Positions 9,306 to 19,545 of a stretch of 64,000 bases of DNA are shown piece by piece (position 1 is the stretch's first letter; each line of letters begins with the position of its first letter). The notes under the pieces are model-generated. The model worked only from the letters and a program-made list of their open reading frames with translations, was not told where the DNA came from and ran no database searches. Both the position numbers and the translations under genes were made by a program. The DNA comes from an uncultured virus (IMG/VR IMGVR_UViG_3300021399_000124) (lineage: Duplodnaviria > Heunggongvirae > Uroviricota > Caudoviricetes): the IMG/VR virus record IMGVR_UViG_3300021399_000124, one strand, 5' to 3'.

Positions 9306-10178
9306 ATGGTATTTCATTACAGCAATGGAAACGAGAAATGTGAGTATTTCAATTGGGGATTACCTACAGGTACAACATGCCCAGGAGCAATCGCTTCTAA
9401 GTGTGGTTGTCCGCTTGAGTGTTATGCTAATAACTCCGAGAATCAGTATCCCGATGTGCTTAGACAGCACGAAGAGAACTTAAAGTTGTGGCTTGAAAAT
9501 CCGCAAGAATTCGAGCGACAGCTTGATGAAGCTCTTGATAGCTATGAGGCAGAATGCAAGAGAAACGGAGAGAAACCTTATGCGAGACCTTCACAGTCTG
9601 GTGATATGCCGAGCAAGGCATATGCAAGAATGCTCATGAGAGTATTTGATAAGCATCCGAACATCATGTTCTTCTTCTTCACAAAGAATTACATGATTTG
9701 GGATTTTATCGAGGAACTGCCGTTTTGGAAGATTCCAAATTGCAATCTGATGCTGTCTGAATGGGGATGTTTGAAACCCACAACGGAATTGAGAAAGTAT
9801 TATCAAGTCGCTAATGCGATTGATATTTATGATCTCGATAAAACCGAAAAGGCAGGATATCAACACTGCAACGGAAAATGCAGAGAATGTAATATCTGCA
9901 AGAGCAAGACGGGCGGTGACTGCTACTTTATCAAGCATGGTTGTCGAGTATCATTTAAGATTCCAGATACTTGCAAAAGAAAAGAGAAGGTTGATGTTAA
10001 TACTCCCGGATTTCATAAGTTCGGCGGTAAAACAATCAATGGAATCAATCTGAATTACTGCAAGGCAAATGGAATCAATACATACGACGGCAGAGTGAAG
10101 CAGATTACAGAAATCTGGAAGATGATGGAGAGCGGGCGGTTGGTCGTTTACAAGAACGGCTACGTAGTAACGGCATAA
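9306..10178 (+). CDS. Gp88-like Cys-rich (radical-SAM-related) phage protein
   Basis: TCPG..C...CYA, R...SGD, FFTK and CxxxCxxCxxC motifs. Confidence 0.6.
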   Translation: MVFHYSNGNEKCEYFNWGLPTGTTCPGAIASKCGCPLECYANNSENQYPDVLRQHEENLKLWLENPQEFERQLDEALDSYEAECKRNGEKPYARPSQSGDMPSKAYARMLMRVFDKHPNIMFFFFTKNYMIWDFIEELPFWKIPNCNLMLSEWGCLKPTTELRKYYQVANAIDIYDLDKTEKAGYQHCNGKCRECNICKSKTGGDCYFIKHGCRVSFKIPDTCKRKEKVDVNTPGFHKFGGKTINGINLNYCKANGINTYDGRVKQITEIWKMMESGRLVVYKNGYVVTA

Positions 10179-10183
10179 TAAAT

Positions 10184-10239
10184 ATTATCTCTAGATAGAG
10201 AGGTTCACAAAGCGTGGACTTCTCGATTGTGGAGATAAT
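10184..10239 (+). other. Long intergenic hairpin with internal loop (possible RNA-processing site)
   Basis: ATTATCTC..GAGAGGTTCAC-AAAGC-GTGGACTTCTC..GAGATAAT; no U-tract. Confidence 0.45.
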
Positions 10240-10274
10240 TCCACATATGTTCACAAGAGAAAGGAGAATACAAC

Positions 10275-12976
10275 ATGTTAAGAGACAGGGGAATGGAAAT
10301 CAATGGGTATGTAACAGACTATTTTGAAGAGAAACTGTATAGCCTCATTGAAGAAGAGTGCAACGATTTTTATATTGATGCCGACATTGATGACGAGGAG
10401 CTTTCTTCAGAACTCAATGACAAACTTACGGAAGCTTGCAATAATCTGATGAAAGTTATGAATGAAATCATGGAATGGCAGCTTAGTAATAACAGTAATA
10501 TGTATGCAAGTCTGACGCATGATTGACTTGATGTGTAATAACGGAAAGGAGAATGCAACATGACAAAGAAAGAGTTTATGGAAGCGTGGGACTGGGAAAA
10601 CGAAACTGATGAAGGTATCTACGACGCAAAAGAGGAAGTGTTTTATTTTCTCGATGTCTCTTACGGAGATGACGACTGCTTAAAGTTATATGGAGCGCAG
10701 TATAAAGAAAATACTACCATTGACGAGATAAAGGAACTTGTAATATCTGGAAGGCTTGAAAATGAATTCTATGGTAATTTTTGGGATTACGTTGCGATGA
10801 CTTGTCCTGCTCCGGGGACATGGTGTCAAGACAGATTAGGATTTTGGGACTTTGATAATGTTGAAAATGTTTGGAATGAATTCAAAAACCATGCAGATTA
10901 TTTGTATACGGAAACGGAAATTATCGAGATGATTAAGGGAGGAAAATTAGCATGAAACAGTATCGCGTAGTTGTAAAGTTTGAAATTAACAGGGACGGAA
11001 TTAATTACGAAGAAAGAACTTTTGGAATCTATGATTTAAAAGCGAAAGCGCTCGAAAGAGCGCAGCTTGCATCTGAACTTTGTAGAGATTGCGAGGTTAG
11101 AATCACACATAAGAACTGGAACACGGTAAAGGGAACGCCGATTTTCAAGAACGGAAAGGAGATGGTGTAATGTTAACGACAGAACGCAAAGCACGGCTGT
11201 TTGAAGGAATCATGGAATACTGGATGCGAAACGGATATGATAACGATGCTCTGTGTACTCTTCTTGAGTATGCAGGAGCTTCGTTTGAAGACATGGAAGC
11301 ACTTGGACTTGATGTAGACTCGTATGATGAAATTGAGCCGGACTGGGATGAGGAAGACGATTGGTAGAAAGGAGATTGATATTATGTTAAAGGGTAAAGT
11401 AAATAAACAGCAGATGATCGATTATTTACAGGCGATGTTGGACAAGTATAACAATGAATTATTTGACTATTCAATGGAAATGCTGAAAGTTAAAGCGTCG
11501 GAATTACAAGCGTGTAAAAAGATGGTTGAAGTTGTGTGCGATGTTGAGTTGCAGTTAGGTGATAAGGTATATGTAAAGGAGAATTAAAAATGGACGAGAA
11601 CACAAGAGAGTGGACGGAGTTTGCAGGATACGATGAAAATGGAATTCCAGTTTATGTAACCGTAAAAGGTGTTCCAGAAGGTAATTGAAAAGGAGAGCGA
11701 TGATATGTACGTAGCAATCATGAACAGTGAAAACTATGAATGGATTGGGTTCGGAAAAACAGAACTTAAAGCTAAAAAGGCAATCGCTAAAGAATGGAAT
11801 GACGGAACAAGAGAGACAATGACCGTTAATGAGCTTGATGAGTATTACGGAATCTATGTAACTGAATATGTTGATGGAAAATGTATTGTTTGGTAGAAAA
11901 GGAGAATAAAGATGATTATTGTCAACCAGTTCTTGAACATGTTGTTTTATGATGATATTCCTATTGAAGTTTATGATTTTGTAACACAGAAGACTGTTTT
12001 CAAAGGCAATGTAAACGATGTTTCGGAGCGATTTGGAGAGTATGAAGTTGATGGTTTTGATGTTTACGATAACCATACACTTTGTATCAACTTAACTATC
12101 AATAACTGCTAATAAGAGAAAGGAGAACGGAAATGATTGATATTTATACCTTTTTAGAGCTTTATACAACTGGTGATGATGTTGAGATTTATGATTTTGA
12201 AACAGAAGATACGGTATTTTTTGGTGATCCTTATGAGGCAATACAGGAGTTCGGTGATTACGAAGTCGAAAGCTTTGATATTGAGTCAAATGGAAAGCTG
12301 ATTATTAATACTGCAATCAATTAAAAGGAGTGATAAGATGAAAAACTTATATGGATTGACCAACATTATGGTGAAGGTAATTGATTGTAAGGGAGATGAT
12401 GTCGGGGAACTTAACAAGTTCCTCGACGAATACAACGGAAACGTTGTGGAGATTCAGACACAACAGATGATGTATGGAATAACAAGATACATTGTAATTT
12501 TTAAGGCAATGTGCGATTAAAAACAATTATAAGAAAGGAAATTAACTATGGTAAATTGGGATTATTTCTATAAATATCTGAATATTATTAATAAGTATAT
12601 GCCGGCTATGGGACAGGGCGAAACAATGGCGAGTCAGATTTGTACTGCCGTAAATAAATTAATTTATAAGTGGTACAACGATGGAGATGTATATGACAAT
12701 ACATTTCATCTTAAAGGATGGTTGAACGATTTAAGTAGTTATGCAAACTGGTTACAGTATTATACAAAAGATGCCTATAAGGTATTAACTAAAATCCAGG
12801 ATTGTCATGAAGATGGAGATTACGAAGATTTGCTTAAAGAATTAGCCGATTTATTGTTAGGAGATGAGCAGTATCTCGAAAAGATGAATGCAAACGAAAA
12901 AATCGGAGATATTTATAACTGTGATGGTTGTTATAAATATGGAGAACCAGAAGAAGACGACGATAATTGGTGGTAA
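10275..12976 (+). CDS. Run of short hypothetical early ORFs (10275-10526, 10560-10955, 10952-11170, 11170-11367, 11384-11587, 11705-11896, 11912-12112, 12133-12324, 12338-12520, 12548-12976)
   Basis: Tightly packed co-oriented ORFs, most with strong AAGGAG RBS; many acidic. Confidence 0.7.
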
Positions 12977-12992
12977 AAAGGAGTGATGCCAT

Positions 12993-13460
12993 ATGGCGCG
13001 AAGGTACAAGTTAAAAGAAGCTACTGTGAGATTGGTTCTTCGGGAAGGAAATGAGGCTCTGTATAACGCAGAGCCTTTAACTAACCCAGAACGTGCAATC
13101 AAAGTGGTAATGGATTTCATGAAGGATTTAGACAGAGAACATGTTGTGGTGATTAATTTGAATATTAGTAATAAGCCAATTAATTATCATATCGCTTCTA
13201 TTGGTGGCATTGATTCCTCAATAGTTGATGTTCGAAATATTTTCAAAACTGCGCTTTTGAGTAACGCAAAACAAATTATCATGCTTCACAACCATCCGAG
13301 CGGAGATACAGCACCTAGCGCAAATGATTTAGTCGCAACGACTAAAGTAGTATCCGCCGGCAGATTGCTTGATATTCCTTGTATCGATCACATCATTGTT
13401 GGTGGCGAGAGTGGTTTTTATAATTCATTAGCAGAAACAATGCCAAATTTATTTAATTAA
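12993..13460 (+). CDS. RadC-like JAB-domain protein
   Basis: E...HNHPSGDTAPSAND and DHIIVG motifs. Confidence 0.9.
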   Translation: MARRYKLKEATVRLVLREGNEALYNAEPLTNPERAIKVVMDFMKDLDREHVVVINLNISNKPINYHIASIGGIDSSIVDVRNIFKTALLSNAKQIIMLHNHPSGDTAPSANDLVATTKVVSAGRLLDIPCIDHIIVGGESGFYNSLAETMPNLFN

Positions 13461-13473
13461 AAGGAGAATAATT

Positions 13474-13854
13474 ATGATGAACACAAACACGGAATGGAAA
13501 GTAGCTTACAAGTTAATGAGACAGCTGAAAGACGGCACGGTGCATCCGCTCTTTATTAATAAGAAGGAAGAGACTCGGTTCGGGGTTGTGCTTCCTGCCG
13601 AATGCTATCCAACCAAGGGATTTGCAGTCCGTCAGGGATGGCATTGCTGTTTTACACCGTATGCTCCTCACTTAAAGCATGATTTGAGCAACGGAGAACA
13701 TCGAGTTTGGGTTGAAGTTTTAGTACGGAACTATGATACATATAATAGACCGGAATCACAGGGCGGTGCTTGGATTCTGGCACAGGAGATGATTGCGGAG
13801 CGAATTATTTCTGATGAGGAAATTCAGATGATACTTGCCGAGGCTATTGCATAA
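13474..13854 (+). CDS. Hypothetical phage protein
   Basis: RBS; motifs GFAVRQGWHC and RPESQGGAW. Confidence 0.75.
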   Translation: MMNTNTEWKVAYKLMRQLKDGTVHPLFINKKEETRFGVVLPAECYPTKGFAVRQGWHCCFTPYAPHLKHDLSNGEHRVWVEVLVRNYDTYNRPESQGGAWILAQEMIAERIISDEEIQMILAEAIA

Positions 13855-13873
13855 TAAAGAGAAATTAAATATA

Positions 13874-13902
13874 TTGACAATTAAATAAAGCTGATTTATA
13901 AT
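13874..13902 (+). promoter_or_regulatory. sigmaA-type promoter
   Basis: TTGACA-17-TATAAT. Confidence 0.8.
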
Positions 13903-13925
13903 GAAAACCGAAAGGAGAATGAGCT

Positions 13926-14363
13926 ATGACAGGATTTGTTGATTGGTTAATTAACATGGGTTATCTTGACAAAGAAGATGTTGAGGATTTCGGAGACAGA
14001 GAGGAAATTGAAAAGGATTTGTTGGTTGTTAAGCGCCATGCTCCGAGGATGTTTAATCTGTTAATGACTATCTGTGGCAGTGATGCGAGAGCATATCCCC
14101 ACGACAATATCAGTAAGGTAAATGCGATTGTAGATGACATTATAGAATTGCTTCCTAAAGAGCCTGGACGCCATGGACAGTATTGGGCAGACGGAAATGA
14201 GATTTTAGCAGACACTCAGTACGAGGCAGATACAATCGCAGATCTGTTTGACCAGCTGTATGGTGAGGGAACTGTTAATACAGGATATTATGATCCGGAA
14301 GAGGATGAAAGAATGAACGAAGTTGATAAATATACAGGTTGGTATTATGTCGACTTTGCATAA
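13926..14363 (+). CDS. Hypothetical protein
   Basis: GAAAGGAG RBS downstream of promoter. Confidence 0.75.
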   Translation: MTGFVDWLINMGYLDKEDVEDFGDREEIEKDLLVVKRHAPRMFNLLMTICGSDARAYPHDNISKVNAIVDDIIELLPKEPGRHGQYWADGNEILADTQYEADTIADLFDQLYGEGTVNTGYYDPEEDERMNEVDKYTGWYYVDFA

Positions 14364-14380
14364 GAGAAAGGAGAATGGTC

Positions 14381-14560
14381 ATGGCAAAATTCACAAGATT
14401 TAATAACCCTAATCGCAAGAGAAAAACACGGAAATCTCCGTATTCGCAGCAGTATATTAATGAACGTAGAAATGAAATGTATAAGTTGATGGCGAACGTG
14501 GAAACAGACGAGAAAAAGGATATTCTTCAGAAAGCATTTAGCATAACAATCAACCCGTAA
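14381..14560 (+). CDS. Small basic hypothetical protein
   Basis: AGAAAGGAG RBS before ATG 14381. Confidence 0.65.
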   Translation: MAKFTRFNNPNRKRKTRKSPYSQQYINERRNEMYKLMANVETDEKKDILQKAFSITINP

Positions 14561-14577
14561 GAGAAAGGAGAATTATT

Positions 14578-14805
14578 ATGGAAAGACTTTTGGAGGTAAC
14601 GCTCTCGATGGATGATAATGATGTTTGTGAAATTGGAATTCACGATGCAGAAACCGGCGATTGGACTCATAGAAGTTTTCCATTTATGGATGTCGGAAAT
14701 GGTTATAGTGAAGAATATTCAAGATGGGTAAACCGATTTGGAGAATGGATTGCTGAAGAAATTTACAGTTGGTTTAGTATTATGAAGGATGCAAAAGGAG
14801 AATAA
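14578..14805 (+). CDS. Hypothetical protein
   Basis: AGAAAGGAG RBS. Confidence 0.7.
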   Translation: MERLLEVTLSMDDNDVCEIGIHDAETGDWTHRSFPFMDVGNGYSEEYSRWVNRFGEWIAEEIYSWFSIMKDAKGE

Positions 14806-14807
14806 AT

Positions 14808-15740
14808 ATGCATAATGTAGAAATGATGTTCAGTGTAAGAGAAACCCCTTGGCATGGACTTGGACAGATTATCGTTGATGCTCCGACAAGCAAAGACGCA
14901 ATCATTCTTGCAGGACTTGATTGGAATGTAATTCAGAAACCTGTGTATACTTCAACGGGAATTATCCCCGGATACAAGGCAAACATCAGAGATATTGATG
15001 AAAAATTCCTTGGTCTTGTAACTGATAGATATAGAATTGTGCAGAATAGAGAAGCGTTTGAATTCACAGATGCTCTCCTTGGTGAAGGAGTTAAATATGA
15101 AACCGCCGGAAGCCTCGCATCTGGAAAGAGAGTTTGGATGCTTGCAAAAATGGAAACGGCAACTATTACAGATGAGAAAGTAGATCCTTATCTTGTATTT
15201 ACAAATTGTCATGATGGAACTGGTGCTATTAGAGTCGCAATCACTCCAGTCCGAGTTGTATGTCAGAACACCTTGAATCTTGCTATGAAAAAGGCATCAA
15301 GACATTGGTCGGCAGTTCATACTGGAAATATGGAAAGCAAATTAGAAGAAGCGAGAAATACTCTTCTGAATGCACATGAATACATGGATGTATTAGAAGA
15401 GGAGTTTGGGGAATTAAAGCTGAAGAAGTTAACAGATGATAAGTTAGACGAATATATTAAAATGCTTCTTCCGATGGACGAGTTAAATGATTCGCCAAGA
15501 AAAGTAAACAATATTAAGGATATGAGAGCAGAACTTAGATATCGTTACTTTAATGCACCAGACCTTCAGCCGATTGAAAAGTCAGCTTATAGATTTATTA
15601 ATGCAGTAAGTGATTTTGCAACTCACACAGAGCCGAAACGTAGAACAAAAAATTTCCAGGAGAACTTATTCATGAAAACAATTGATGGAAATGCTCTTAT
15701 TGATAAAGCATATGCAATTGGATTATCAATGGTTGCCTAA
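14808..15740 (+). CDS. DUF932/DUF945-family phage/plasmid protein
   Basis: ETPWHGLG, YETAGSL, HDG, TPVRVVCQNTL motifs. Confidence 0.85.
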   Translation: MHNVEMMFSVRETPWHGLGQIIVDAPTSKDAIILAGLDWNVIQKPVYTSTGIIPGYKANIRDIDEKFLGLVTDRYRIVQNREAFEFTDALLGEGVKYETAGSLASGKRVWMLAKMETATITDEKVDPYLVFTNCHDGTGAIRVAITPVRVVCQNTLNLAMKKASRHWSAVHTGNMESKLEEARNTLLNAHEYMDVLEEEFGELKLKKLTDDKLDEYIKMLLPMDELNDSPRKVNNIKDMRAELRYRYFNAPDLQPIEKSAYRFINAVSDFATHTEPKRRTKNFQENLFMKTIDGNALIDKAYAIGLSMVA

Positions 15741-15770
15741 TGAAGAATAAAAAAAGAAAGGAATTAAAGT

Positions 15771-16454
15771 ATGATTAAATTACTCAGCTTATTTAGTGGT
15801 ATTGGAGCATTTGAAAAAGCACTTGAGCGCAAGGGAATTGAATATGATTTAGTTGGGTATTGTGAGATTGATAAATATGCAGCTAAGGCTTATTCATTAA
15901 TCCATCATGTTCCAGAAAGTAAAAATTTCGTTGATGTAACAAAGATTGATGAAACAAAATTGCCAAAGGATATCGACATGATTACATACGGTTTTCCTTG
16001 TCAGTCATTATCCGTTGCAGGAAAACTGCATGGATTTGAACACAATGGAAAGAAGACGAGATCTGGACTCTTCTTTGATGCTCTTCGGATTATCGAAGGA
16101 ACAAAACCAAAGATTGCTATTTGCGAGAATGTAAAAAATCTTACTGGTAAAAGATTTACAAAAGAATTTAAGATTGTTTTGGACTCTCTTGAAGAAGCGG
16201 GATATAACAATTATTGGAAGGTGCTTGATGCTCAGGATTACGGAATTCCTCAGCATAGAGAAAGGGTGTTTATTATTAGTATCCGCAAAGATATCGATAA
16301 AGGGAATTTCAGTTTTCCTAATCCTATCGAACTTACAAAATGTATGGACGATTATCTTCTGCCGGATGATGAGGTAGATGAAAAATACTACAAGAAAACA
16401 GAAGGCGCATTAAATCTTATCGAAGAGTTTAAGGAGAGATTAAACAATGAATGA
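15771..16454 (+). CDS. DNA (cytosine-5) methyltransferase, N-terminal catalytic part (motifs I-VIII)
   Basis: LFSGIG (I), GFPCQ (IV), ENV (VI), PQHRERVF (VIII); ends before the TRD. Confidence 0.9.
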   Translation: MIKLLSLFSGIGAFEKALERKGIEYDLVGYCEIDKYAAKAYSLIHHVPESKNFVDVTKIDETKLPKDIDMITYGFPCQSLSVAGKLHGFEHNGKKTRSGLFFDALRIIEGTKPKIAICENVKNLTGKRFTKEFKIVLDSLEEAGYNNYWKVLDAQDYGIPQHRERVFIISIRKDIDKGNFSFPNPIELTKCMDDYLLPDDEVDEKYYKKTEGALNLIEEFKERLNNE

Positions 16455-16614
16455 GATATTAATAGGCGGTATGGGAAATAAAAAATTTAAAGACGCTGCG
16501 TTTTATAACAGAGATAAAGGGAGGGTGTGGTATCCAGAGGGTACTGCACCGACATTTCGAAGCACAGATTATAAAGACCCAGTTAAAATTATGGTTATAA
16601 GGAAGAAAAAATGA
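16447..16614 (+). CDS. Stand-alone C5-MTase TRD-like module 1 (55 aa)
   Basis: MNEILIGGMGN...GRVWYPEGTAPTFRSTDYKDPVKIMVIRKKK; overlaps upstream stop. Confidence 0.7.
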   Translation: MNEILIGGMGNKKFKDAAFYNRDKGRVWYPEGTAPTFRSTDYKDPVKIMVIRKKK

Positions 16615-16772
16615 ACAAAATGGCAATTATCGGTAGTATAAAGCCGTGGAGACCAATTGGAGACAGGTATAAAGTGGCTTCGGTGACAGGAAGCATACCA
16701 ACATTATTATCTAGTGATTATAAGGATGTAAAATGTGTGTTAGTAAAAAGAAAGAAACGGAAAACGGAATAG
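16611..16772 (+). CDS. Stand-alone TRD-like module 2 (53 aa)
   Basis: MNKMAIIGSIKPW...YKVASVTGSIPTLLSSDYKDVKCVLVKRKK; ATGA overlap. Confidence 0.7.
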   Translation: MNKMAIIGSIKPWRPIGDRYKVASVTGSIPTLLSSDYKDVKCVLVKRKKRKTE

Positions 16773-16930
16773 TAGTTGTGGGTAATTTAAAGCCGTGGAA
16801 AGAAATTAATAATAGGTATAGAGTACTTTTTGCGACTGGGATTTGATTGACATTGAATTCAAGCGATTACAAGGATGCGAGATGTGTAATTATAAAAAGG
16901 AGTGTGAATCATGGCAGAAAAGAAAGTTGA
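16757..16930 (+). pseudogene. Inactivated TRD-like module 3
   Basis: Paralog of module 2 (VVGNLKPW...YRVLFATGI*LTLNSSDYKDARCV); ACG at the start position and in-frame TGA at 16844-16846. Confidence 0.65.
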
Positions 16931-17093
16931 AAAACTTGGTAATTTATACGGATTCACCGGTGGATCATATGCAGGAAATGTATATGAAAAACACGGGCTT
17001 TGTCCTACATTAAATACTTCTGGCGGTGGCAATAGACAGGTTATGATTTTTGTAAAGAGGAAGGTAAAGAAAAATGAAAACAGTACATATTAA
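16911..17093 (+). CDS. Stand-alone TRD-like module 4 (60 aa)
   Basis: LGNLY...GNVYEKHGLCPTLNTSGGGNRQVMI; AAAGGAG RBS. Confidence 0.75.
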   Translation: MAEKKVEKLGNLYGFTGGSYAGNVYEKHGLCPTLNTSGGGNRQVMIFVKRKVKKNENSTY

Positions 17094-17514
17094 ACAGGCG
17101 ACAAAAACAGGTTTGATTGAATGCGCAGTTGGTGGAATATTTGATGGCAGTTATCTCAAAAGTAAAACTCGTCGTGGTAGAGTTCAGGGCGGTGGAATGA
17201 TAGCTCCTACTCTTACCGCGAGCAACCATGATATTTATAGAATTATTGATAAGAAAGGAAATGAAAATATGATGAATATGAAAGATTATTACAAGTGTGG
17301 AGAAGATGAAGAACTGGCAATTAGAGCTTTAACTCCGAAGGAGTATTTCAGATTGATGGGATTTGACGATGCAGATATTGATATTTTAATTGAGAATGGA
17401 ATTTCAAATACGCAGCTGTACAAGATGGCAGGAAATTCAATCGTTGTTGATGTGCTTGAATGCTTATATGATTCTCTTGAAAGCGCTGGATTTGACAAAT
17501 TTAGTGGAATGTGA
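17074..17514 (+). CDS. C5-MTase C-terminal part: TRD-like segment plus motifs IX-X
   Basis: RRGRVQ...APTLTA; RALTPKEYFRLMGF (IX); QLYKMAGNSIVV (X). Confidence 0.85.
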   Translation: MKTVHIKQATKTGLIECAVGGIFDGSYLKSKTRRGRVQGGGMIAPTLTASNHDIYRIIDKKGNENMMNMKDYYKCGEDEELAIRALTPKEYFRLMGFDDADIDILIENGISNTQLYKMAGNSIVVDVLECLYDSLESAGFDKFSGM

Positions 17515-17520
17515 TAAAAT
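17492..17520 (+). promoter_or_regulatory. sigmaA-type promoter (extended -10)
   Basis: TTGACA-17-TAAAAT with TG. Confidence 0.65.
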
Positions 17521-17548
17521 GCAAAAAAATATATTAAGAGGTAAAAAC

Positions 17549-18046
17549 ATGAATAATAAAACATATTATATTATAGTATGCGGAGAATTATCAGTTAAAA
17601 GAACAAACATTGATAAGTTCAAGAAAGGCGATGCCATTTGGGGAGCAGATGCAAAACCGAGGATCGTTGGGAAATATAATAATGATAGTGAGGCAAATAA
17701 AACTTTAGGAGAATATGAATGCTCTTATGCAAACATTGGGATTAGAGGAATGAAGATTAAAGAATATGCCCTTATTATTTGTATTGACAATGATAATAGT
17801 ATTATTTTCGACAAGGCAAACTATAAACTCGCCGAAGAAGAAATGCCTGGTTATGGCGGAGATGTTCATGTTTTTGAAAAATATATATTAGATGGTGAAC
17901 TAAAATCTCGTGAAGCAATTAATGTTGCAATACGCAACAAAACACATATTCTTGAAGATTATTTTGATGATTGGAGTGATTGGAAAGCTTTTGTAGAATA
18001 TCGTAATGGGAAAACAATTATTCTCGAAGAGTATATGTTAAACTAA
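17549..18046 (+). CDS. Hypothetical protein
   Basis: GAGGT RBS before ATG 17549. Confidence 0.65.
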   Translation: MNNKTYYIIVCGELSVKRTNIDKFKKGDAIWGADAKPRIVGKYNNDSEANKTLGEYECSYANIGIRGMKIKEYALIICIDNDNSIIFDKANYKLAEEEMPGYGGDVHVFEKYILDGELKSREAINVAIRNKTHILEDYFDDWSDWKAFVEYRNGKTIILEEYMLN

Positions 18047-18051
18047 TTACG

Positions 18052-19023
18052 ATGGAAAGGAGTCCTCGAATGAATGATAAAAAAGAATCATTGATTGTTG
18101 TTTTAATAGCTTGTATCGTTTTTACACCAATTCTGGCTTGTGCAGGAATCAAAGGTCTCGGAGGTTTGATTTTCTTTTGGGGACTCTTTTGTTTTCTTTG
18201 GTGGATTTTCTTTGGAAAAGATAAGTGGGAAATAGATAAATACAAAAGAGAAGAAGAAAAAAGAAAAAAGAAATACAAAACACAAGAGTCTATCTGGGAT
18301 AATGATGCAGGAAAACGAGATGCCAATATTGAAATAGAGCGCATGGAAAACAATCTTTTGACAGATTCTTCTTTTAAGGCATACATAGGAAAAAGAGGGT
18401 TTGTTGTTAATGGAATAATAGAAATTCCAAAACAGAGTTTTGCCGAGTATTATAATGGATATATTCCAAAGGCAAATCCTTCAAGAGTTTTAATTGAAAC
18501 TAACATGTCTATGAAACAATTAAGACAAATTGGTATTAATAATATTAGACAGTTACTCGGAGATTATCATAAATATTTTTATTACAAAATAAATAATGAA
18601 AACGGCGGATTTTTTGAAAAACCTATAATTGATTATGATAAAGATTTTAGAGAAATTGAAACTTCAAATCCAAATAATATGTGCGCAGAAATAACTTATT
18701 ATCCAGAATTAGATAAGAATTGTAATATAGTATGGAATGATAGTGACATATATCTTATAAAAAAAGAAATTAGTTTTAATAATGGAAATCAAAATAATAA
18801 GTATACTATTTATAGAGATAATGGAATTATTGTTAAAAATGGAAACGATTGTTTAACAGAACAAGAAATGAAATTCGTAATAAAAGGAGCCAACCAAATG
18901 ACAAAATATAATACATTTGGTGCGCTTGGAAAGCATAAAAGTGATGGAGTTATAGATGTTTTCACAAAAGAAGTATGCAGATATTATCAAGTAGATGTAT
19001 TTAATTTATCAAATAATAAATGA
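18052..19023 (+). CDS. AT-rich membrane-anchored hypothetical protein (moron-like)
   Basis: Two N-terminal TM stretches; AT-rich coding; likely start ATG 18070 after AAAGGAG. Confidence 0.7.
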   Translation: MERSPRMNDKKESLIVVLIACIVFTPILACAGIKGLGGLIFFWGLFCFLWWIFFGKDKWEIDKYKREEEKRKKKYKTQESIWDNDAGKRDANIEIERMENNLLTDSSFKAYIGKRGFVVNGIIEIPKQSFAEYYNGYIPKANPSRVLIETNMSMKQLRQIGINNIRQLLGDYHKYFYYKINNENGGFFEKPIIDYDKDFREIETSNPNNMCAEITYYPELDKNCNIVWNDSDIYLIKKEISFNNGNQNNKYTIYRDNGIIVKNGNDCLTEQEMKFVIKGANQMTKYNTFGALGKHKSDGVIDVFTKEVCRYYQVDVFNLSNNK

Positions 19024-19487
19024 GAGGTGATAATATGTTCATGGATAAAACAAAAACAAAATTTGCAATTATACAAAATCATTATTATAAAGGATATGAT
19101 TCCACGGCAGTTCGTGAAATGGTATTTGATAAAAAGACAAAAGAGTTGATTCGTTCTAACAGTATTATACTATATGATGGAGAGCCAAATATTAATGAAA
19201 CTTGGAAATGGTATGATTTAAGTTTAAACCTTAACGGTAAAGAAAATGATATTGAATATTTAACAGAGGATCAATACAAAAATTGTTGGACGCCTGAATG
19301 TGATATGTTTTATGGTAAATTTGAGCCTTATTTTCAAAAAAAATTTATGAAATATGAGCAAGATAAACATGGTATTAAAAGGAGGCCAGATTTGTTTACG
19401 GATATAGATGTTAATAATTTTGTACTGTTTGATATGGATATAAATGATAATAATTCTGATGATTCTGAAGATGATTTTGATTTTTAA
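19020..19487 (+). CDS. Hypothetical protein
   Basis: 155 aa ORF; GAGGTG RBS before the internal ATG. Confidence 0.65.
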   Translation: MRGDNMFMDKTKTKFAIIQNHYYKGYDSTAVREMVFDKKTKELIRSNSIILYDGEPNINETWKWYDLSLNLNGKENDIEYLTEDQYKNCWTPECDMFYGKFEPYFQKKFMKYEQDKHGIKRRPDLFTDIDVNNFVLFDMDINDNNSDDSEDDFDF

Positions 19488-19545
19488 TAATTATAATTGA
19501 CATCAGTATAATTGACATTAGAATAATATACAGGAGGGTTTTGAA

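Noticed and set aside
16844..16846. Stop-codon reassignment (TGA read-through)
   Set aside because: Long core genes are uninterrupted in the standard code, TGA ends many genes, and no suppressor tRNA is present.
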